Shown one piece after another: positions 56,749 to 64,000 of a stretch of 64,000 bases of DNA. Below the pieces are notes generated by a model. That model did no database searches. It was not told where the DNA came from and saw only the letters and a program-made list of their open reading frames with translations. Origin of the DNA: an uncultured Actinomycetes bacterium (GTDB taxonomy: Bacteria > Actinomycetota > UBA4738 > HRBIN12); NCBI GenBank assembly GCA_963850315.1, contig CAWKKN010000003.1, forward strand, positions 106,032-170,031, written 5' to 3'. How positions within the stretch are numbered: position 1 is the stretch's first letter; every line of letters starts with the position of its first letter. A program made the translations under genes and the position numbers.

Positions 56749-59413
56749 TCAAGCACGAAGTCGCTCCCCCTCGGGGTCGTAGAACGGCGTCGGGACGACC
56801 GTGGCGCTCGCGGCCCCCGCAGCGGAGGCGCTCGGGAACGTCCCACCGACGGCGCGGATCCAGCCCAGGCCGATCCACGCCTCCAGAGCTTCCGAGCGCG
56901 CGCACGACGTGACGCGCCCGACGATCCGGCCCGCGGCCTACAGGGGCGCCCCGCGCTGCGGCGCGGCGTCGAACCGCAGGCCGACCAGCTTGCGCTCCGC
57001 GCGGGAAGGCCGGCCATCCGCTCGAGCGCGGCCTTGCCCGAGGAACGAGGGCTTGTCCATCGCGACGCACCAGCCGAGGCCGAGCTTCGCGGGATGGTCG
57101 TCGGGGAGCGTGTCCTGGCCCAGGTAGATGTGGCCCTTCTCCAGCCGCAGGACGTCGAGCGCGTCGAGCCCGTGCGGACGGATGCCGAGATCTCCGCCCG
57201 CGCTCGATCAGCGCCTGCCACAGCTCCACCCCCCGCGAGCGCGGGTGATGCAGCTCGAACGAGACCTCGCCGACGAACCCGGCGCGGATCGCGCGGCACG
57301 GCACGCCGGCGACGGTGATCTCGCGATGTGCCGCCGTGCGGGAGCGCGTCGGCGCCGAGGTCGTCGTCGCTCAGCCGCCGAGGAGCTCGCGCGCCCGCGG
57401 GCCCGCCACGTTGATCGCGCCGAGCATCGCGGTCTGGTTGACGAGGTGCACGTGCAGGTCCCAGCGGTCGGCCCAGTTGCGGAGCCACGCCTCCATCCGG
57501 TCCGCACCCCCCGACGTGGAGGTGAGGTAGTAGCCGGCCGTCCGGCTCGGCCGCGCACACAGAGGCCGTCGTCCATCACGTACCCGGCCTCGTCCAGCGC
57601 GAGCACGTAGCGCGAGCGAGCCGGGCCGCAGGTCGTCGGTGCGACACGGGAAGACGCGGTCCACCAGCTCGGCGGCGTCGGCGCCCGCGACGAGGAACTT
57701 GCCGAGGGTGCCGACGTCCATCACGCTCACGCGCTCGCGCACCGCGCGGTACTCCTCGCGCGACGTCGCCGTAGCGGGAGGGGCGCTTCCAGCTGCCGGA
57801 CCAGTCCAGGACCGCGCCCGCGGCCAGGTGGGTGTCGTGCAGCGCGGTGCGCTTCTCGATCACCTCGTTGATCGCCGCCGGCGAGGTCCTCCAGCCGCAC
57901 GGTGCGCGCCGGCGGGCGCGACGTCGTGCGCGCGCCCGCCGCGGCGCGATCCCCCGCGCTGGCGCGCGAACGCGGCGAGGTGCCGCCCGCACAGCGCGCC
58001 CTGGCACGGTCCCATCGTGGCGGTGGTGTAGCGCTTGAGGATCTCCGAGTTCGTCCAGCCCTCGTCCCAGGCCGTCTCCAGGTCGTGCACGCCCGACGTC
58101 CTCGCACAGGCAGACGTAGCCTCCGGTGCCCATCGGCGGCGTCGCGGCTCCGGCGGCGTCGGCGTCGACCTCTCGGCCGGCGCCGCGCCCGCGCGCCGTC
58201 CCGAGGCCTCGGCCTCCTCGAGAGCGCAGCCCGGCCGCACGACGTCGCCGGCGCCCGACGATCGGCAGGTCCGCGCCCATCCGCAAGAGGCCGTCGCGCG
58301 GCGCGTATCCGACCGAGAGCACGAGGGTGTCGCAGACGATCCGTCGCTCCCCTTGCGCGTGTACCGAGCACGACTGCGCGCACGGCCGCCCTTGCCCTCG
58401 GCCCGCAGCACGCGCCCGTCGCGGGTCACCGGGATACCCGGCGGGCACGCAGGTCGGCGAGCGCGTCGGGCGCGACGACGTCCGCGATCGCGACGCCGAC
58501 ACGAGCGCAGGACGTCGAGATGCTCCAGCGCCTCCTCGGTCTCGATCACCACGACCGCTCGGCGCCCGGCGCGATGCCGTGCACGCCGGCCAGCCGCGCG
58601 GCGCCGCGACCGAGCCAGACGCCGGGCAGGTCGTTGCCGGGGAACACCGGCGTGCGCCTCCACCGCGCCCGGTCGCCACGATGACGCGCGCCGGCGAGAT
58701 CTCCAGCCAGCTCCTGCGGTCCCACCGCCGGCACGAGCGGTCCGTCGTAGATCCCCACGGCGCGTGCCGCTCGAGCAGCTCGACCTCGCGTGCGCCTCGC
58801 AGCTCGTCGGCCAGCTCCTCGATCCGGTCGCCGGACCGCCCCGCGGGGCATCTTCTCGCCGAAGCCGACCCTCGTCGACGAGCACCACGCGGTCGTCCGC
58901 GCGCCGCCGCGGCCTGCGCCGCCGCGAGACCCGCGACGCCGCCGCCGATCACGAGGGCGTCGGAGTGCACGTAGCGCGTGGGCTTCGATCTCGGGGCGCC
59001 GGTCTGGGCGGCAGCGCGCCCACGCCGGTGGCGCGGCGGATCACGCGCTCGGCGAGCGGCCACGCGAACCGCGGCTTCGTGAACGTCTTGTAGTAGAAGC
59101 CGACCGGCATCAGCCGGTGCGCCCGGTCGGTGACTGCCGAGCAGGTCGCGCTCGGTCGAGGGGCAGCCCGACCCGCGCATACGACTTGCTGCCCGTCCAT
59201 CGCCTCGGCGCAGCACGCCCGCACGCCCGGCTCGCCGTCGACGGTGACGAGGCAGTTCGGCGCAATCGCCCGTGAGGCAGTAGAGGCCGCGGCGCCGGTG
59301 GTATTTCAGCGAGCGGGTGAAGGTCCGGACGCCGGCGCGATAGAGAGCCGAGGCGATCGTGTCGCCCGCCTCGACCGGGAACCGGGACGCCCTCGAAGTC
59401 GAACGAGCGTCAT
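56749..59413 (-). pseudogene. soxA: Sarcosine oxidase alpha subunit-like (N-terminal oxidoreductase part + C-terminal GcvT-type aminomethyltransferase domain), with more than ten frame breaks
   Basis: Fragments: FDFEGVPVPVEAGDTIASALYRAGVRTFTRSLKYHRRRGLYCLTGDC, SDALVIGGGVAGLAAAQAAA, YVCLCEDV, MDVGTLGKFLVAGADAAELVDRVF, GFVGEVSFELHHP, and C-terminus ATVVPTPFYDPEGERLRA then TGA at 56749-56751. Confidence 0.8.
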
Positions 59414-59668
59414 CGGGCCCGTCGATGACGTTCGTGACGGTGTCGCGACGAAGGGTGAGCCACCGGCGGCAGCCGAAGAGGTGGAACCAGCGCTCGTCCT
59501 GGGACCCCGGGGAGGTTCTCGCGCAGGTAGACCCGCGCGAAGTCCTCGTCGGGGTCGGCGCGCCTCCAGCGGGCGCAGCTCGCCGCCGAACGTGAACTCG
59601 GTGTAGTCGCGCAGCCCGCAGTTCGGGCACGGGATCTTCACAGCCACCGGACCCTCCCCAGCAAGCAT
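59410..59668 (-). pseudogene. soxD: Sarcosine oxidase delta subunit-like, frameshifted, 3' boundary approximate
   Basis: VKIPCPNCGLRDYTEFTFGGE in one frame and ERWFHLFGCRRWLTLRRDTVTNVI in another. GGGGAGGG SD precedes candidate GTG starts at 59647 or 59641. Confidence 0.7.
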
Positions 59669-59735
59669 GGCGCCAAGAAGGTACCTCGGCGCTCGGAGCG
59701 GGCACTATGCGCGTGGGTGACCGCCGGTCGTTCGA

Positions 59736-60139
59736 TCAACGTGCGTCGTCGAGGGCGTCGGCGAACTGCTCCAGCAGCTCAGCGAGCCGTTCGAGGTCCT
59801 CGATCGGCCAGTCGGCGAGAGCCTCTCCCATCATCTCGCGGCGCGCTCGCTGGATCTTCGTCACGATGCGCTTGCCCTCGCCGCTCAGGTTGAGCAGGGC
59901 AGCGCGTCTGTCGTCGGGATCGGTCGCCCGCACGACGAGGCCCGCCCGCTCGAGCCCCGCGATCTGCCGGCTGACCGTGGACACGTCGAGCCCGATCTTC
60001 GCGGCGAGCTCGATGCGCGGACGGGGCCCCATTGACCGACGCGCCGCAGTAGCGGGTAGAGCCCCGGCTCGATCGGGGCGCCGACCTGGGCGACCAGCCG
60101 CATGCGCATGCGCGGCAACGTCGCCCGGCGGGACAGCAC
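59736..60139 (-). pseudogene. MarR-family transcriptional regulator, with one frameshift
   Basis: N-terminal frame: LSRRATLPRMRMRLVAQVGAPIEPGLYPLLRRVGQ. C-terminal frame: RIELAAKIGLDVSTVSRQIAGLERAGLVVRATDPDDRRAALLNLSGEGKRI. The break is near the GGGGCCCC run about 60035. Confidence 0.75.
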
Positions 60140-60206
60140 CGTGAACGCCTGCTCGACCGCCGATCACGGCCGTGTCCCGGTCGACCCGCTCGCTGCGTCC
60201 GCATGA

Positions 60207-61083
60207 CTAGTCCGTCTTCGAGAACTTCGCCGACGGCGACGGCAAGAGCGACGAGGCCGATCGCCACGACCAGAGCCAGCTCGAACCAGGTGGGGAGCCG
60301 CCAACTGCCCCAGTGCACGCCGGGGTCGAGCGCCTTCGTCACGACGGAGGGGATGCTTAAGTGCGCGAAGACGTTGCGGCGCAGGGGGTCGACGCCGTAG
60401 GTGAGCGGGTCGATCTTCGTGAGGATCGCGAGCCAGCGCGGGAGGTGCGACAACGGGAACACGGCGCCGGAGAGGAAGAACATCGGCATCACGAAGAACT
60501 GGATCACGACCTGGAACGACTCCACCTGCTCCATGCGCGCGGCGAGCATGAGGCCGATCGCCGTGAGCATGAACGCGACCAGCATCATCATGAGCAACAT
60601 GGTCACGATCAGTTCCAGCGAGTACGGGACGTGCACGAGGCCCATGAGCGCCAGCATGATCGCGCCCTGGGCCGTGGCGACGGTGGCGCCGCCGAGCGCC
60701 TTGCCCCACACGATCGCGGAGCGGCGCACGGGCGCCACCAGCATCTCGCGCAGGAAGCCGAACTCTCGGTCCCACACGATGGAGACGGCCGAGAAGATCG
60801 CGGTGAACAACAGGGTCATCGCGACGACACCGGGGAACAGGAAGGTGCGATAGCTGAAGCCCGGCGCCGAGACGGGGACGATGCTGGAGAGTCCCGTGCC
60901 CAGGATGAACAGGAAGACAACTGGCTGTGCGCATGCGGTAAGGATCCGCAGCCGGTTGCGGGAGAACCGGATCAGTTCGCGGCGCCACACGACGCCGACC
61001 GCGCGGAGGTCGTCGCGGAACTGGCCGCGTGCGACGCGAACGCCGATCACGTCGTGGCGTCGCTCCCCGGTGGTCGTCGCCAT
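60207..61083 (-). pseudogene. ABC-2-type exporter permease (DrrB-like). A 3'-terminal frameshift removes the natural stop.
   Basis: RRELIRFSRNRLRILTACAQPVVFLF.. and six TM helices. Deleting one A near 60225 gives ..AVAVGEFSKTD then TAG at 60207-60209. As sequenced, the ORF instead runs on into marR. Confidence 0.75.
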
Positions 61084-61087
61084 GCGG

Positions 61088-62081
61088 CTACCTCTTCCTG
61101 CGGATCATCGGGTTCGAACGCAAACGCTCACCGGACGATGCTTCCGCGTCGCGGATCGTGCGGCCGGTATGGAACATGAAGACGTCGTCCAGCGATGGCC
61201 GCGTCATCTCCACGGAAGTGACGCCGACACCCTAGACCGGCGACGAGCCTGGGGATCAGCTCCTTCGCCGTGGTCCGCAAAGACGGTGAGCCCCTCGCCG
61301 CCCGCGCGTGGTTTCGAGGTCGAACCGCTCCCGCAACGCGGATCACCGCAGCATCGTCGTCGTCGGTGCGGATCGTGACGCGGTCCTTGCCCACCGATGC
61401 CTTCAGCGACTCCGGCGTCCCCTCGACGATGATCGAGCCGTGGTCCATGATCGCGATGCGGTCGCAGAACTCGGCCTCGTCCATGTAGTGCGTCGTGAGG
61501 AACACCGTGATGTCCTGGCGTCCGCTTCAGCTCGCTCAGGTAGCTCCAGATGTGGCTGCGGGTCTGGGGGTCGAGGCCCACCGTGGGCTCATCCAGGAAC
61601 AGGACCTCGGGGGAGTGGAGGAGGCCGCGTGCGATCTCCAGCCGGCGCTTCATGCCGCCGGAGAACGTGCGGACGATGTCGCGCGCCGGCGGTCAGCAGA
61701 CCGACCATCTCCAGGACCTGATCCAGGCGCGCCCGCATCTCCCGGCGCGGGACGCCGTAGAGCTCGGCGTGCAGGCGGAGGTTCTCCTCCGCCGTGAGGT
61801 AGTCGTCCAGCGTCGTGTCCTGGAAGACGAGGCCGATGTGGCGCCGGACGTCGGTGGGACGGAGGACCACGTCGAAGCCCGCCACGAGCGGCGCGGCCCT
61901 CGGTGGGCTGGGTCAGGGTGCACAGGATCGAGATCGTGGTGGACTTGCCCGCGCCGTTGGGGCCCAGGAAGCCGAAGGTCTCACCGCGGCCGACCTGCAG
62001 GTCGACGCCCCTGACCGCCTCCAGGTCGTCGTAGCGCTTCTTCAAGCCCTTCGACCTCGATGACCGTCGGGGGGTGTCCAT
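61088..62081 (-). pseudogene. ABC transporter ATP-binding protein (DrrA-like), with at least five frameshifts
   Basis: Walker [12 protein letters not shown]-loop region IGLVFQD, signature/Walker B ..[27 protein letters not shown]-loop [11 protein letters not shown] and C-terminus [11 protein letters not shown], spread over ORFs 61650-63146 (3' part), 61589-61885, 61204-61653 and 61128-61505. Confidence 0.8.
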
Positions 62082-62099
62082 GGCGCCATGATGCCACCA

Positions 62100-62128
62100 G
62101 GTAGTTGTATGCAGCAACCATATGTCAA
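62100..62128 (-). promoter_or_regulatory. AT-richer imperfect inverted repeat plus a TTGACA box upstream of the ABC exporter/marR operon (candidate operator or -35 element)
   Basis: Minus strand reads TTGACA (62128-62123) followed by GGTTGCTGCATACAACTACC (62119-62100; half-sites match 7 of 10), 19-48 nt upstream of the ATG at 62081. I found no convincing -10 box. Confidence 0.25.
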
Positions 62129-62202
62129 GGGGCCACGGCCTGTCCCGGCCCCTGACGACGGGCATCAGGCCTTGTTCGTGCTGATGCGCTACCGAAGAGG
62201 GG

Positions 62203-63223
62203 TCACGAAGGCCGGGGTGTCGCTTGTGGTGCCGCGAGGCAGGCGGTGGCGCCGCGCCCCTCGACGGCGGCGCGCCAGCCTTCGAGGATGGGCGCCACAG
62301 GTTCGCCATGGCGTCCTCGTACTGCGTTTGCGGGTGCACGCCGTCGGACACGAGCATGTCGTCGGTCACGTAGCTCTCCAGTCCGCGATGGAGGTGTTGC
62401 CGAAGCGGGGCACGAGGTCGTGGATGATCGCGTTGATTGTCGGGCACGGCCGTCATCGGCCCATGCGCCGTTTGCCAGATCGACGAGCGGGACCCCCTTG
62501 AGCGTGGAGAGGATGCGGAGCGCGTTCTCGCGGAACACGGCGGGGTCGGCGTCGTTCGTGCCGAGCTCGACGACGACGACGTCGGGAGGCGGAACCGCGT
62601 CTGCCTCGGCCTCGGCGGGCGCGATCCCTCCCCGACGGTCGGCCGACACGGCGTCGTAGCCGGTCGTCCAGCCTGGCAAGGCCGCCGTGAGGAAGGAGCT
62701 GGCTCCCTCGGTGATCGAGTCGCCGATGAAGAAGGCGCTCGGCGGACGGGCCTGCGCGCGCCAGGCCGGCCCGGCGGGCAGCGCGAGCCATCGCGAGAGC
62801 CCCAGCGCGTCGCGGACCCAGAGGCGCGCCGGCTCGTGCGGGATCGCATACACGGTGGTGCCTTGCTGGAGGTTCCGAGCACCTTCGGCCGCCCGGTGGC
62901 AGCGTGTCGACGGCGACGCGGTAGGAACCACCCAGGTAGCGACGTTCCCGGTCTGTGCCCGAGCCACGGACGATGACCTGCGGCTGGTCGAGTGCGCACT
63001 GGGCCATCATGAGGTCGAGGCCGGGAGGCAGGCCCCGGCGGCGGCGTCGAAGTCGACGCGGCCGGGGGCGGGCGAGCCGAGCAGTCGACCACGGCGGGGC
63101 TGGGGGCGGCGCTGCCCTGAGCAGGCTCACGCGCTGACCCAGGCACGAGGTGAGGGTCAGGAGGGGGACCAGCACCACGAATACCCGGCGCACCGCATCA
63201 CCGTAGGTGGGCCGCCGTTGCAC
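62203..63223 (-). pseudogene. SGNH/GDSL-family hydrolase lipoprotein, with several frameshifts
   Basis: Lipobox-like signal [14 protein letters not shown], block [11 protein letters not shown], block [13 protein letters not shown] and block V SDGVHP. The pieces lie in different minus frames (ORFs 62453-63223, 62203-62967, 61650-63146). Confidence 0.7.
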
Positions 63224-63351
63224 GTCAATCGAATCGAGACCCGCCGCGCAGAAACGGGCTCAGGGTTCTCCGCCGTCGCGGCCGAAGCATCTGCCAAGGA
63301 GTCGAGCGGCGGATCGGCCCGCCAGGGCGGGCGAGGGCGAGGGGTGACATC

Positions 63352-64000
63352 GTGTCCGATCCGATGATGACGCTCCGCCGAGGGCGCGGCCTGTTCGTCG
63401 TGGTGCTGTTCCTGTGCTGGCGGCTACGGCGCGAGCCTGATGCTGCAGAAGCGCGCGCTCTGGCCAGCGAGCAGGCGAAGGCGGACGCTCGCGCCCATGC
63501 GCGAGGTGAACACCTTCGGGACGCAGACTGCGGCGACGCGACGCTCGCGAAGTCGCCGACGGCCGCCGTGGTCACGGCAGGCTGAGCGCCCGCGTCCCGG
63601 CCCGCCCGTCATCGCGAGCGGCTGTGGACCGTGGGCGGGACGTCCGCGTACTCCTCGCTCGCAAGGACGCCTCCCCGCCGGTCATGGAGCTGCTGAAGGC
63701 GTCGACGAAGGGCCTGGGCCGCACGGCGACTTCGGTGGAAGGCAACGTCATGACGACCTACTTCCCGCTGCACGCGGGCGACGGCGCCGGGCCTTCGGCG
63801 CGGTGGAGGTGCAGCAGTCGTACGCGCCCGTCGAGGCGGCGGCCGCCAAGCCGTGGATCGTCGGTGCGGACCGGCGCCGTGGCGCTCGGGCTGCTCATGC
63901 TCCTGGCGATGCTCCTCGGTTCGTCGGCGGGCTGCCGGGGCGGCGCGCCGCCAAGGCGGGCGCCGGGTTCGTCTCTAAGGGTGAAGGCCCGGAATCCTGC
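63352..64000 (+). pseudogene. Partial, frameshifted ORF for a two-TM sensor-like membrane protein that runs off the window
   Basis: TM-like LFVVVLFLC near 63400. An extracytoplasmic-looking segment follows (PPVMELLKASTKGLGRTATSVEGNVMTTYFPLHAGDGAG / AFGAVEVQQSYAPVEAAAAKPWIV), then a second TM AVALGLLMLLAMLL near 63890, with frame changes between the pieces. No catalytic domain is visible. Confidence 0.3.

Noticed and set aside
57576-59705. 709-aa and other very long ORFs across the sox region (also 61650-63146, 59779-61083) as real large proteins
   Set aside because: They are chimeras. Short stretches with genuine SoxD/SoxA/ABC/SGNH motifs alternate with Arg/Pro-rich out-of-frame sequence. 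The real genes are recovered by frame hopping.
53408-63223. Programmed ribosomal frameshifting or recoding as an explanation for the many frame breaks
   Set aside because: There are far too many events per gene and they go in both directions. I saw no slippery-heptamer or pseudoknot pattern. The breaks coincide with short homopolymers, and the same behaviour occurs at the other window end.

Overview
Very GC-rich, actinobacterial-type chromosomal segment (third codon positions are almost always G/C). I call about 65 protein-coding loci and one tRNA-Ala(CGC). I found no rRNA, CRISPR array, transposase, integrase or phage genes. Blocks in order: (1) 0-3.8 kb: a degraded coxS/coxL-like pair, hsp20 and a frameshifted xdhC. 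(2) 3.9-9.8 kb: an intact form I aerobic CO dehydrogenase cluster coxM-coxS-coxL with the CoxL AYRCSFR signature, followed by an XdhC/CoxF-family chaperone carrying a C-terminal YHS metal-binding domain, coxG and a MocA-like cytidylyltransferase. (3) 9.8-17.7 kb: GNATs, a nitrilase-family hydrolase and an Acs-like ligase. The ligase is divergent from an operon of two apparently Cys-less thiolase-fold proteins, two DUF35 modules and an acyl-CoA dehydrogenase. (4) 17.7-24.5 kb: YceI/HxlR, a tightly coupled decarboxylase-MBL-amidohydrolase-aminotransferase operon, a GNAT and an orphan receiver. (5) 24.6-31.4 kb: tRNA-Ala, a translin-like protein, and the conserved actinobacterial galU-moeA(glp)-sepX/glpR and fmdB-SAF neighbourhood, here with moaC and mtnP inserted. 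(6) 31.5-47.5 kb: a long coiled-coil protein, an MFS-cNMP fusion, an M15 peptidase, a YbaK-MFS fusion, VWA, cyclodeaminase, an S55-type peptidase divergent from murT-gatD, and small or exported hypotheticals. (7) 47.5-53.4 kb: a 1306-aa exported protein (propeller, 7 InlB-type B-repeats, PD40 propeller), DUF2252 and a HesB-like protein. (8) 53.4-64 kb: a CrtI-like oxidoreductase, a sarcosine-oxidase-like operon in soxD-A-G-B order, MarR, an ABC-2 exporter and an SGNH lipoprotein, all riddled with frameshifts. Frameshifts are dense at both window ends and rare in the middle. Where I could localise them they sit in or next to short homopolymer runs, so I favour consensus indel errors over true gene decay, and my pseudogene labels mean disrupted as sequenced. 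I did not find a clear-cut novel multi-gene system of the defence-island type. The best leads are the XdhC-YHS fusion in the CODH cluster, the Cys-less thiolase/DUF35 module, the four-gene amine operon, the Glp/GlpR neighbourhood with its coiled-coil protein, and the giant repeat protein. All functional calls are by-eye motif recognition on the supplied translations. No database search was run.
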